Shown piece after piece: positions 24,251 through 35,968 of a stretch of 64,000 nt of DNA. The notes beneath the pieces were generated by a model, which did not search any database, was not told where the DNA came from, and was given only the letters and a program-made list of their open reading frames with translations. Within the stretch, counting starts at the first letter, position 1, and every line of letters starts with the position of its first letter. This DNA is from Selaginella moellendorffii (Eukaryota > Plantae > Lycopodiophyta): the NCBI RefSeq assembly GCF_000143415.4, contig NW_003314386.1:104852-168851 (forward strand), read 5' to 3'. The position numbers and the translations under genes are program-made.

Positions 24251-24348
24251 CAATTGTGCAGCAAAGCTCTTGCCTTGTCAAGATACCCAACCCAGTAATC
24301 CTCATCACATCTCCCATCCAACATTTATTTAGAGTAGTCAAATATTAG

Positions 24349-25182
24349 TCAATGTCCCAGTCCACGGCTAGTCAGCATATCCCCAAGAGCACGAAATCCG
24401 CGAATGGCCATGTCCTTGATGTGATGCATCGTGACCTTTCCTCCCACGAGCTTGGCCTGATCGCCAAAATGGGTCTTCCCGGTAATCTCCTCGCAAGCGA
24501 ACAGTAGCTTCTTGGTGGACTGGACCGCGTACTCCCAGCAATTCTTCTCGTGCACAGTGTAATCCGGGTCGTGATCCTCAAGAATCCTCATCAGTCGCTC
24601 CAATCCCATGGGAGTGTCCTCGCAGTCGAAGCTTGAGACCTGCGCGCTGCGGAAATCGTCTAGCCCGGGCAGGAGCTTGATGTTGATACCGCAATCCTCG
24701 CCGGCTCCACACTTCTCGGCCAGGAAGAAGCGCTCCTCGCCCCCGATTTTCATCACAATTATCAGGAACTCATGGTTGATGATCGACCTTGGATTGATAA
24801 GAGGGCGCGTCATGGCCGTGCGGCTGGATTGGAGCTGGAAATTTGTCGCACCACTGCTGCCACTGCTACCGCCGGCGCCGGCGCCATGGAAGCCCTGGAT
24901 GAAGCTCCGGGTGAGATCGTTGGAGAGACCGGACTGGCAGTAGATGATCTTGCGGAGGAGCGAACGCGAGCGCTGGCGGTCGAGGGAGAGGAGGTGATTG
25001 TAAACTTCGAGATCGGCCTTGGCATGGTTGGAGATCTGGCCTGGGTAGACTGTGTTTGTGGAGAAGAGATCTCCGGAGCTTTGCACTGACCTGGTGCTCG
25101 TGTTGTTCGAGGCCTGCGCGCTTTGAGCAGCGGATGTCTTCCAGCCCTCCACATTGTCGCCAATTGATCTAGAGATCCACAT
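24349..25182 (-). CDS. Intronless 277-aa protein, candidate permuted papain-like (PPPDE/LRAT-type) cysteine hydrolase
   Basis: Long GC-rich ORF. His in IINHEFLII precedes Cys in YTVHEKNCWEYA, the order typical of circularly permuted NlpC/P60 enzymes. The family call is inference. Confidence 0.6.
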   Translation of the reverse strand: MWISRSIGDNVEGWKTSAAQSAQASNNTSTRSVQSSGDLFSTNTVYPGQISNHAKADLEVYNHLLSLDRQRSRSLLRKIIYCQSGLSNDLTRSFIQGFHGAGAGGSSGSSGATNFQLQSSRTAMTRPLINPRSIINHEFLIIVMKIGGEERFFLAEKCGAGEDCGINIKLLPGLDDFRSAQVSSFDCEDTPMGLERLMRILEDHDPDYTVHEKNCWEYAVQSTKKLLFACEEITGKTHFGDQAKLVGGKVTMHHIKDMAIRGFRALGDMLTSRGLGH

Positions 25183-25187
25183 ACTTC

Positions 25188-25695
25188 TCTTCCAAGTTTG
25201 GAAAAGTTCTTCGCAAGCTAAATTTGTGATATCATCTTTGCTATCTTAAGGCTTCTTTACTTGATTAAAAATAATAATCTATGACAATGAAAGGTCCGTA
25301 AAAGCTGTAACATTTCACATGCATGCTGACTAATCTTTCGGATTATTTCATGATTTAGAGACAATGTTCTAGCAGTTCTTCCAAGTTCCTGGAATTTGGA
25401 AAAACTCTTTCAAAATAAGTTTGTGATATCATCTTTGTGATCGATGCTTCTTTTCTTGATTAAAAAGTATCCATGACAATGAAAGGTCAGTAAAAGCTGT
25501 AGCATGTCACGTGCAAGCTGACTATAATCTTTCTATTTCTCGGATTATTTCATGAGAGACTAATGATATCTCTTTCCAATTTTCTTCTTCCAAGTTCCTG
25601 GAGTTTGGAAAAGTTCTTGCAAGCAATATCATCTTTAATTATAATCCAGGGTCAAGCTGACTAATCTTTTGGATTATTACATGATTCAGGCTAAT
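25188..25695. repeat. Degenerate tandem repeat, ~190-200 bp unit, ~2.5-3 copies, directly upstream of the 277-aa ORF
   Basis: cttccaag..tttggaaaa...atatcatcttt...gctgacta...ggattatt recurs at ~25188, ~25376 and ~25585. The third copy is internally deleted. Confidence 0.85.
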
Positions 25696-25737
25696 GATAT
25701 GTATAACTTTTACAAACCTTTCCACCACCTCACTCTA

Positions 25738-28022
25738 TCACATTTTCTTCTTGGATTTTTGCTTCCTTTCGTTCTTTTTTTTGGCTCCGGCACACTCGTC
25801 TAGCTCGTCTTCATCATCACAATCTCCATTATCGCCATCGCCTTTTCTCTTCAAGCTCCCATTCCCCAGAAATGTGTAGATCCTCGGCGGAACCGCTATC
25901 TTAACCTCGGGCTGCTCGTCGTCGTCGTCCTCGGGCGACCAGATGAAGATCGACCTTAGAAACCCAGCAAGAAACATGATAGAAGAAAAGTTACAAGAAA
26001 AAAAGAAGGATGTTACCGTGAGCTTCCAGAGGCCAGGATATCAAGGCGAGGATGGAGCTTGTTTACGGGACTTATCGTCGTGATGCTCCGATCAATGGCC
26101 TTGGAAACTATCTGTCCAGTGCTCACGTCGATGAAATCGATCGGATGCAACGCAACGCCATTGAAGTCGTCGCTGATGTATCGACCGATCACAGCCAGGC
26201 ATTCCGTGGGATCCTGGATGAAAATCATAAAGCAAGCTCTAGATTTGGAAAAGACGAACGAAAGAGTGCGTACCTTTGGATCCCATTCTGCTCGGAAACA
26301 AGTGAGATATCTGTTGAAGTCGTGGCTGTGAACAATCTCCCTGCTTGGAGTTCCCAAGTTGGAGAAAATACAGTCCCAAATGCGAATCCTGTTGTCTTGG
26401 CAAGTGGTCATGATCTTGTTTCCTGTTCTAGGCGAGAAGTAGGCGGAGCTCACGACTCTTGGATGAGAGAGCTCCGCGAGATGATTGCGACTGTCAAGCA
26501 TTCTCAAGTCCCAAATTCGAGCCTAGAAATATATTTTGCTTTGAGTTAGAAAATGGAAAAAATGCATGAAAAAAAGCTCGGAAACATACCATGTGATCGT
26601 TGCCAGATGTGATAAATATGTCTTGGTCGATTGGATTAGTGTGGAGTCCCACGACTTTTGTGCCTTTCTTATGGATCAACAGAGGCTTGTCATGAGTCTT
26701 CTTAGTTCTTAAGTCTAGTCTGGAAAAAAAGAAAGCGTTCGTTCACATTCAAAACCCACATAGACAATCCTTCTCACCTGTACAAGTATCCAAAATTGTC
26801 GGCTGCCAAAGCCAAGTTTCTGGTGAGATTTAAATCCATTCCATAAATCATTTTGAAGGTTGAAGGTCCCTGGAAATAACAGAATCATAAAACTAGTTGT
26901 GCGAGAGAAAGACTTACTTGCCATCCCCCCGGATTGAGGTTTATCAAGCTTTGTGTCAAACCGGTTTCCAAGTCTGTGAGGCACAGGTGCCCATCAGAGC
27001 CCGAAGAACAGATGGTTTCATCCGAGTTTGGAATAAACCTTGCGAAAAAAGTTTTCTAAAGCGTTAGCAACGCGATCAAGTGTGGACGAGTGCGAGCAAA
27101 TACTTCATGCTGTTGACAATGCAGCTGTGTACTGTTTCGTAGACCGTTTTGTCGTAGACTTTGCGGTAGTCCCAAATCCCAACTTGGCCTTTCTACAGCA
27201 CAAGATAGAGCAAGAAGATGCAAGAAAGGAAGAAAGGAAGAAAGGAAGGCAAACCTTGTCTCCGGATATGACAAGCTTATCGTTGGTTGGATGAAACTCG
27301 AGACAGGTTACTCGACGACTATGTAGCTTGAGGATGCCGCATTCGACTTTATTGGGAATTGGAAGCCTGGGCCTTACCTGAAAAGAAAGTTTTGTATCGT
27401 CGAAACAAGGAAAGAAGAAAGAAACGTATCAACAAAACTTACCATGGATCTGTGCCTTCCCAGCTGACGCTCATAGATAAAATCCGCCACTCCTACAGAA
27501 GTCTTGCGAATTCCGGGGGTGACACCGTGCTCACTGGCCAAACGATGGGGACAAGTTGCGGTAGTATGGCCTAGGAGAAAAAAAAAAGTGTTTAAGCTCT
27601 CCGAGAAAGAAGAAAAAAAAAAGAATTGGAACTTACCAGGTCGTTTGCAGAGATAGCACGGCCTGTTTGGACAATCCAAGTAAACTGACCCAACAAAGCC
27701 AGCTTGATGATCTTTCCCTTTGCAAACCTGATATAAATAGAAGAGAGAAGAAGAAAATATCAAAGAAAGAGCAACAGAAGCATACCTTGCAAAGCTTTGC
27801 TGCTTTCAAACTGATTGTAATCTTCTTTCTACCCTTCTTTCCCTCCACAGCCGAATGCTCCTTGGTTTCCTCCTCCTCCTCTTCCCCAATCTCTTCTTCT
27901 TCATCTTTCTCCTCCTCCTCCTCCGCCGCAAGATCGTCTACATCCTCGTCGGAGCTCTCATCGCTGCTGCTACTCTCCCGCTCCACAATCGCTGTTCTCA
28001 CCTCGCGCCGCGGCCTCCCCAT
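25738..28022 (-). CDS. DDB2: Damaged DNA-binding protein 2 (WD40, N-terminal acidic tract and CCHC fingers), multi-exon
   Basis: CK.CKGKDHQAGFVGSVYLDCPNRPCYLCKRPGHTTATCPHR, LIHKKGTKVVGLH, IVHSHDFNRYLTCFRAEWDPK and ISPVNKLHPRLDILASGSSRSIFIW motifs. Confidence 0.92.
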
Positions 28023-28179
28023 TCTCTCTTTTGCCGCCACAAGTAAGAACCCTAAAAACTTACAAGGGTAAAAAGTGGACCCCAAACCAAATAGGATTAT
28101 AATGGTCTATCTTTTTTTGTTTTCATAATATTATATTAATCTTAGAAAGTAGTATTTAATGTGATATTTATAAAATGTT

Positions 28180-29703
28180 TCATTGAGCGAAGTTGAAAAT
28201 TACATCCAGGTTCCGCAGCCTTGGAGTGAGCTGTGCCTGCAATGGCGACTTTGGCCAAGTCACTGATCCAACACCTTCATCCAAATTGTAGCTTTCTCCA
28301 GGAACACGCTCCCAATGAAAACTGTGGAGCAAGTTTGAGAGAACAAGGTGGACAGTCTTGAGGCCAAGTGACATTCCTGGACACATTCTTCTTCCAGCTC
28401 CAAAGGGAATCAGCTCAAAGTCCTGCCCTTTAACATCAGCTGTTATCTGCCCAAACCTCTCTGGCCAAAACTTTGTGGGATGTTCCCATACATTTGGGTC
28501 CCTGCTAATGGAGTAGAAATTAATAATGGTGGTGGCTCCTTTGGGAACATCAAAACCAGCCAAAACGCATGCTTTGTTTGACATGTGAGGCACTAGAATT
28601 GGAACGGGAGGGTGAAGCCTGAGAGTTTCCTTGATCACAGCTTCAAGATATGTCAGCTTTGAGAAATCGGTTTCGGTAACCATGCGATTTCGACCCACCA
28701 CTACATCAAGTTCTTCTTGTGCCTTTTTCATCACCTCTGGATTGTGGACAAGTTCCAGTAAGGCCCACTCTACTGTGCAAGCACTTGTGTCCATTCCAGC
28801 TATTAGAATTTCCTGCGCAAAAGACTGATCAATGATTTCAAATTTAGAAATATAAGGATTTCGTACCATTAGAGTGCCTTTGACAACCTCCTCGTCCTTG
28901 TAATGCTGAAGCAAAATGTCTGTAAAATCAGGTTGTGGACGTGATCCTCCACTTTTCTTGTGCTCGGTAATGACCTTTTCAAAGAACTTGTCTTCCTTGG
29001 CAAAGATCCTTTTCACCCGTGGTATGCTCCAGTCGATCCATCGAAGCCAATCCGGAACAAACTGGCCTATATGAAACTGGAGACCAATTTCAGCCACTTC
29101 GTGCATCACTTCTTTGAATGTTTTGGCATCTGTTAGATCCTCCCCAACCAAGTTCTCTCCAAAGAATCTCTTACTCATGAGGATTCTGCTCGTGATATTG
29201 AATGTAAGCACTGTAAGATGCTCTCTCATATCAACACCTTTAGGAGCTTTCGCGAGAGATGAGATCAAATAACAGAGCTCCTCAACCCTTACCCATAAGA
29301 AGGAGTCTATACGCTTTACAGTGAAAAGCTCTGTAGTGCAGATCTTCCTCACGTTTTTCCAATGATCGCCACTAGCTAATGCCAGCCCCTTGAAGTTATA
29401 GCTCACATACTGCCCAACTAATACAAATGGTCTGGAACTAAAGATCAGATCATGAGTCTTGAGTACTTCTTTCGCCATAGCTGGACTGGAAATAATAACG
29501 GCTGGAACCATGCCAAGTCTCAAGAACATAACATCCCCAAACTTGTTGGATAACTTCTGAAGAGATTGGTGAATCATTCGATCTAAGAGATGGAGATGAC
29601 CAATCAATGGCAAACCCCATGGAGATGGCGGCAGCCTCTTGCGTTGCAACATAAGAATTCTAACAAAGAGCAAGAGAGCCAGAAAGTAGAGAAGAAACTC
29701 CAT
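28180..29703 (-). CDS. Cytochrome P450, CYP71-clan type ('CYP-A'), intact; intron 28813-28866
   Basis: LPPSPWGLPLIGHLHL, AGMDTS, KETLR, PERF and PFGAGRRMCPG motifs. The likely start is MEFLLYF at 29703. The 54-nt intron is in frame. Confidence 0.93.
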   Translation of the reverse strand: MEFLLYFLALLLFVRILMLQRKRLPPSPWGLPLIGHLHLLDRMIHQSLQKLSNKFGDVMFLRLGMVPAVIISSPAMAKEVLKTHDLIFSSRPFVLVGQYVSYNFKGLALASGDHWKNVRKICTTELFTVKRIDSFLWVRVEELCYLISSLAKAPKGVDMREHLTVLTFNITSRILMSKRFFGENLVGEDLTDAKTFKEVMHEVAEIGLQFHIGQFVPDWLRWIDWSIPRVKRIFAKEDKFFEKVITEHKKSGGSRPQPDFTDILLQHYKDEEVVKGTLMVRNPYISKFEIIDQSFAQEILIAGMDTSACTVEWALLELVHNPEVMKKAQEELDVVVGRNRMVTETDFSKLTYLEAVIKETLRLHPPVPILVPHMSNKACVLAGFDVPKGATTIINFYSISRDPNVWEHPTKFWPERFGQITADVKGQDFELIPFGAGRRMCPGMSLGLKTVHLVLSNLLHSFHWERVPGESYNLDEGVGSVTWPKSPLQAQLTPRLRNLDVIFNFAQ

Positions 29704-30001
29704 TACTCTACCTTGAAGTGGCAATTTGTTAAGTACATATATAGGGACAGATTCCTTCATTTGATCCTCTTTTGGAACAAAACAAGGACTAAAATCACAA
29801 CTATTTGACGTCAGATTTTTAAGAATTTCATTTTTCTGTAACTTTGTCAACATCTGTAGGGACACTAAATGAGATTCTCCCATTTGATCCTCTAGTGGAA
29901 CAATTCTCTAGTTTGAAGATGTAAGACTTTTTATAAGTTCCATAGTCAGACCATGTGGAGCTCTCTTCGTTCGAGAAATATATCATATTTATTTTGCGTT
30001 A

Positions 30002-31532
30002 CTAAGTATTTGTATTTTCTAGCCTTCGAGTTACACGAACTTGCAATGATGACTTTGGCCAGGTTACTGCTCCAAAAGTCTCATCAACACCATAGTTTTT
30101 CCCAGGAAGACGATGCCAGTCAAAACCGTGGAGCAAGTTTCCAAGAGTGAGATAAACAGTTTTAAGCCCGAGTGACATGCCTGGGCATATTCTTCTCCCA
30201 GCTCCAAATGGAATCAGCTCAAAGTCGTGGCCTTTCACATCAATTGCCAACCCCAGAAATCTTTCGGGCCAAAACTTAGCTGGATTCTCCCAAACCTCTG
30301 GATCTCGGCCAATCGAGTAATAGTTGACAATGGTGGTGGCACCTTTAGGAATGTGGAATGATTGACCCAAGGCACAAGCTTGCGTTGACATCCTCGGCAC
30401 CAGCAATGGCGTTGGAGGGTGAATCCTGAAAGTTTCCTTGATGATGGCCTCAAGATATGTCAGCTTTGGGAAATCAGACTCTAAAACAGTGCGACCTCCG
30501 CCCACGACAACATCAAGTTCTTCTTGTGCTTTCTTCATGATCTCTGGATTGTTGAGAAGTTCCAGCAAAGCCCACTCTACTGTGCATGCACTTGTGTCTG
30601 TTCCGGCTGCCAAGATTTCCTGTGACAAAGCATTCCAGAGTATGAATTATCATGTTAGAATCATTCTCTCGGCTTACCATCAAGATGGCTTTGACAACTT
30701 CTTGGTCATCTCCTCTCTGCTCAAGCAAAATATCCATGAAATCCTTTGTGGGACGGGATTTTTTGGCTTTGTGTTCGTCGATGATCTTCTGGAGGAATTC
30801 GTCCTGCTTGGCAGCAACTCTTTTGGCCTGTGGTATGTTCCAGTCAATCCATTTGAGCCAAGAGGGTACAAACTCACTTATATGGAACTGGAAAGCAAAC
30901 TTGACTGACTCATCAATCAGTTCCTTGAATACTCTGGCTTCTGCTAGCTCGTCGTCACTCAAGTTCTCACCGAAAAACCTCTTGCTCATGAGGATCCGAG
31001 TTTGTACGTTGAATGTGAGGACCGTGAGGTGCTCTCTCACATCTACAATACTTTGGTCATTGCAAGCTTGAGCGAGTGATGATACCAAGTAAGAAAGCTC
31101 CTCCATTCTAACCCACAAGAAAGAGTCAATGCGTTTCACTGTGAAGAGCTCGGTGGTGCAGATCTTTCTCGTGCTCTTCCAGTGATCACCATTAGCCAAA
31201 GCTATTCCCTTGAAATTGTAGCCACTGTGCTCTCCAACCAACAAGTATGGCCTGAAACTAAAAGTTGTGTCTTCAGTCTTGAACATTTGTTTTGCTAGAT
31301 CTGGACTGGAAATCACAATTGCTGGGATCATCCCCAGTTTGAGATACATGATCTTTCCAAACTTCCTGGACAGCTTTTGCAATGAATGGTGAGGCATCCT
31401 TCCAATGAGATGGAGGTGACCAATGAGTGGCAAGCCCCATGGAGATGGGGGCAGCCTCTTGCTTGACAGCAACACATTCTTGAAGAGATGGAGCAATAGT
31501 AGAAAGCCAAAGAAGAAGAGAAGGAACTCCAT
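30002..31532 (-). CDS. Cytochrome P450 ('CYP-B1'), intact; intron 30620-30677
   Basis: AAGTDTS, KETFR, PERF and PFGAGRRICPG motifs. Exons join in frame (ILM|EIL). Confidence 0.92.
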
Positions 31533-31739
31533 CTGGTTTGTCTGGAGTCTATGAATCATGGTCTATAAATAATTGTTTCATTGCATGGTTCGTCTAATGA
31601 TGCTTTTGAACAAGATGACAAACGAGTATCTGCTGTATTGTTTGAAGGTCAACCTTGTGAATAACGTAATATTATAATTTAAAAGCAAATTAAGAGGCTT
31701 CCAAAGGAATATAATAAAACACATTTTGAATACCAAAGT

Positions 31740-33258
31740 TTACATAGAAGTAACTTTGGCTTGCAATGGTAGCTTTGGCCATATGACAGACATAAAAGCT
31801 TCATCCATTTTGTAGCTTCCTCCACGAACGACAGGCTCCCAGTTGAAACTATGAATCAAGTTGGCAAGCGTGAGGTACACACTCTTGAGTCCCAGCAACA
31901 TCCATGGACAAATTCTTCTCCCACATCCGAATGGAATCAGCTCAAAGTCCTGGCCCTTAACATCGATTGTTGATCCTTGAAACCTCTCCGGCCAGAACTT
32001 TTCAGGCTTATCCCAAACTCTTGGGTCTCTACCAATGGCATAAAAGTTGATAATGGTGGTGGCACCTTTGGGAATGTCGAAAGACTCGCCCAGAACACAA
32101 GCCTGAGTTGACATCCTGGGCATCAGCAACGGGGCTGGAGGGTGAAACCTGAAAGTTTCCTTGACAATGTCTTCAAGGTATAGAAGCTTGTGGAGATCAG
32201 ACTCTGTAACCATGCGATCTCGGCCCACAACAGTATCGAGTTCCTCCTGTGCTTTCCTCATTATCTCTGGATTGTTGAGAAGTTCCAGCAGCGCCCACTC
32301 TGTCGTACAAGCACTGGTGTCTGTTCCTGCTGCAAGGAGTTCCTGTGAAAATGAGGAAGACAGTCACTGTTACTACAACCTTTGTGAAATCCAGGAGATC
32401 ATTCACTTACCATCAAGGTGGCTTTGGCGACCTCCTCGTCTTCTTGGTGTTGTAGCAAGATATCCATGAAATCCATCACAGGGCGGGACTTCTGGCTAGA
32501 TTTGTGCTCTTGGATTATTTTTTCGAAGAACTTCTCTTGCTTGGCCACAAGTTTTCTCGCATGTGGGATGTTCCAATCAATCCATCTCAGCCAAGCCGGG
32601 ACGAACTCACTTATGTGGAACTTCAAAGCGAAGCGCGCGAGCTCCTCTAGGACTTCTCTGAGCTGTCTAGCCTCTTCTATTTCCTCCCTGCCCAAGTTCT
32701 TGTTCCCAAAGAATCTCTTGCTCATGAGCATCTGGTGACATTGAAATCAGTGACAAGTTCTCTCACATTGACGACGCTCTGGCTCTTGGATGCTTGAGCA
32801 AGCCGTGAGACCAAGTGAGAGACCTCCGCAAGCCTCAGCCCTCGGAAGGATTCCATGCGTTTGACTGAGAAGAGCTCGGTGACACAGATCTTCCTCATGT
32901 TCTTCCAGTGATCACCGTTAGACAAACCAATCCCCTTAAAGTTGCAAGTGAGATACTCCCCCACCAATAGGTATGGTCTGAAGCCAAAGCTAGAATCATT
33001 GCTTCTCAGTGCCTCTTTCGCTAGATCTGGGCTGGAAATCACAATGGCTGGAGTCATCCCAAGTCTTAGATACATAATCCCTCCAAGCTTTCCAGATAAG
33101 TTTTGGAGGGAGTGGTGAGGCAGCGTAGACAGATGATGGACGTGACCAATCAAAGGCAACCCCCATGGAGATGGAGGCAACCTCTTTCTACTTTGCAGCA
33201 AAGATCTTCCCAAAAAACACACCACCAAAGCTACAAGTAAGTAGACTGGAAACTCCAT
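31740..33258 (-). pseudogene. Cytochrome P450 ('CYP-C1'), frameshifted
   Basis: A small deletion near 32735 relative to C2/C3 splits exon 1 into two frames. The heme loop reads RRICPW instead of RRICPG. Confidence 0.85.
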
Positions 33259-33315
33259 GAATCCCTTGTTCTCTCGCTTGAGACCATCACATTGTATACA
33301 TAGTTCCTTAAGCTC

Positions 33316-33698
33316 TCAAGTCAACGATGTAAGATCACTGCCTGACAAAACCACGCGAAGGTCACTCGAGGGATCAGAGCTCGAGAATCTTTCTTCCAGC
33401 TTTCCTTTCTCCTCCCACATCCCTGCTGCCGCATAGACGTTCCCCATCAATCGAAACACCGCGCCATCGCTCCCGCCACCTCTGCTCATCAAGGCCTCGA
33501 AAGCCATCTTCGCAACTCTTAAGTTCTTCCACTTCTGGCACGCCCCGAGCACCGTCTTCCACGCCACCGCGCTCGCCTCAAACGGCATCGCTTCCAGCAG
33601 CTCCACCGCCTCGTCCAGAGCATTCGCTCGCCCCAGCATGTCCACCATGCAGTGGTAATGCCGGGAGTGACACCGTACTTGGAGCTCATCGCCTGGAA
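33316..33698 (-). pseudogene. PPR gene remnant (3' E-domain end only)
   Basis: Near-identical to 37577-37967, with the rest of the PPR deleted at ~33698. Confidence 0.9.
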
Positions 33699-33699
33699 T

Positions 33700-34150
33700 T
33701 TCTTTACGTCTCCCCTCTTTGGCCAATTTCTTCGTTCTCCAATAGCTGATCCCAGCCCCTTGAAGTTGTAGCACACATACTGCCCAACCAATATAAATGG
33801 CCTGGAACTAAAGACCAAATCATGAGTCTTGAGTACTTCTTTTGCCATGGAACGGCTGGAACCACATGCCAAGGATTTAAATTTTTTTACGTGGCGTCAT
33901 GCCAATTTCTTCATCTCTCCCCTCTTTGGCCGTTCTCGAATAGCTGATCTCAGCCCCTTGAAGTTGTAAAACGCATACTGCCCAACCAATATAAATGGCC
34001 TGGAACTAACAACCAGTCGCTGGACTGGATGCCAAGTCTCCGTTGCAACGTAAGAGTTCTAACAAGGAGCAAGAAGACAGAAACTAGAGAAGGAACTCCA
34101 TTTTTCAACGGGGATACCAAATGAGATTCTTCCATTTGATCCTCTAGTGG
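33700..34150 (-). pseudogene. CYP-A 5' fragments, internally duplicated
   Basis: MAKEVLKTHDLVFSSRPFILVGQYVCYNFKGL matches CYP-A. The block is repeated at ~33700-33870 and ~33900-34010. Confidence 0.8.
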
Positions 34151-34174
34151 AACAAGACATCAGGATTAAAAACA

Positions 34175-35787
34175 CTAGTTTGAAATAGTTGACTTCCAAG
34201 TATTAAATTCAGAGGTCCATGTGGAGCTTCTCTTAGTTCGAGAATTATACAATGTGTATTTTGCAATCTTTGCTTGCCTTGGAGTTACACGAACTTGCAA
34301 TGGAGACTTTGGCCAACTTACTGCTCCAAAAGGCTCATCAAAACCATAGCTTTTCCCAGAAAGGCCATGCCAGTCAAAGTCGTGAAGCAAGTTTCCAAGA
34401 GTGAGATAAATAGTTTTGAGGCCGAGTGACATGCCTGGGCATATTCTTCTCCCAGCTCCAAACGGAATCAGCTCAAAGTTGTGGCCTTTCACGTCGATTG
34501 CCAACCCCAGAAACCTCTCGGGCCAAAACTTTGTAGGATTCTCCCAAACTTTTGGATCTCGGCCAATCGAGTAATAGTTGACAATGGTGGTGGCACTTTT
34601 GGGAACCTCGAATGATTGACCCAAGGCACAAGCTTGCGTTGACATCCTTGGCACTAGCAATGGCGTTGGAGGGTGAATCCTGAAAGTTTCCTTGATCATG
34701 GCCTCAAGATATGTCAGCTTTGGGAAATCAGACTCTAAAACCATGCCATCTCCACCTATGACAACATCAAGTTCTTCTTGTGCTTTCTTCATGATCTCTG
34801 GATTGTTGAGAAGTTCCAGCAAAGCCCACTCCACTCTGCATGTGCTTGTGTCTGTTCCTGCTGCCATGATTTCCTATGACAAAGCATTCCACAGTATAGA
34901 TTATCATGTTAGAATCATTCTCCGCTTACCGCTAAGGTGGTTTTGACAACTTCTTGGTCACCTCGTCTATGCTCAAGCAAAGTATCCATGAAATCCGTTG
35001 AGGGACGGGGTTTTTTAGCTTTGTGTTCGTCGATGATCTTCTGGAGGAATTCGTCCTGCTTGGCAGCAACTCTTTTGGCATGTGGTATGTTCCAGTCGAT
35101 CCATTTGAGTCAAGATGGTACAAACTCACTTATATGGAACTGGAAAGCAAACTTGACTGACTCATCGATCAGTTCCTTGAATACTCTGGCCTCTGCTAGC
35201 TCGTCGCCACTCAAGTTCTCACCGAGAAACCTCTTGCTCGTGAGGATCCGAGTTTGAATGTTGAATGTGAGGACCGTGAGGTGTTCTCTCACATCTACAA
35301 CACATCGGTCTTTGCAAGCTTGGGCGAGTGATGACATCAAATAAGAAAGCTCCTCCATTCTAACCCACAAGAAAGAGTCAATGCGTTTCACTGTGAAGAG
35401 CTCGGTGTTGCAGATCCTTCTCATGTTCTTCCAGTGATCACCACTAGCCAAAGCTATTCCCTTGAAATTGTAGCCACTGTGCTCTCCAACCAGCAAATAT
35501 GGCCTGAAACTAAAGTTTAGTCTTCAGTCTTGAACATTTGCTTTGCTAGAGCTGGACTGACTGGAAATCACAATTGCAGGGATCATCCCCAATTTGAGAT
35601 AGATAGTCTCTCCAAACTTCCTGGAGACCTTTTTGCAATAAATGGTGAGGCATTCTTCCAATGAGATGGAGGTGACCAATGAGTGGCAAGTCCCATGGAG
35701 ATGGGGCAGCCTCTTGCTTGACAGCAACACATTCTTGAAGAGATGGAGCAATAGTAGAAAGCCAAAGAAGAAGAGAAGAAACTCCAT
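34175..35787 (-). pseudogene. Cytochrome P450 ('CYP-B2'), frameshifts and premature stop
   Basis: Paralog of B1 with indels at ~35515, ~35560 and ~35700, and W->stop at 35110. Confidence 0.88.
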
Positions 35788-35968
35788 CTGGTTTATCTGG
35801 AGTCTATGAATCATGGTCTATAAATAATTGTTTCATTGCATGGTTCGTCTAGTGATGCTTTTGAACAAGATGACAAACGAGTATCATTTGAAGGTCAACC
35901 TTGTGAATAACGTAATATTATAATTTAAGAGCAAATTAAGATGCTTCTAATAAACAGAATACCAATGG

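Noticed and set aside
29704-29883. 60-aa N-terminal extension of CYP-A in the ORF track
   Set aside because: The membrane anchor begins at MEFLLYF (29703), matching the paralogs, and a TATA-like element lies within the extension.
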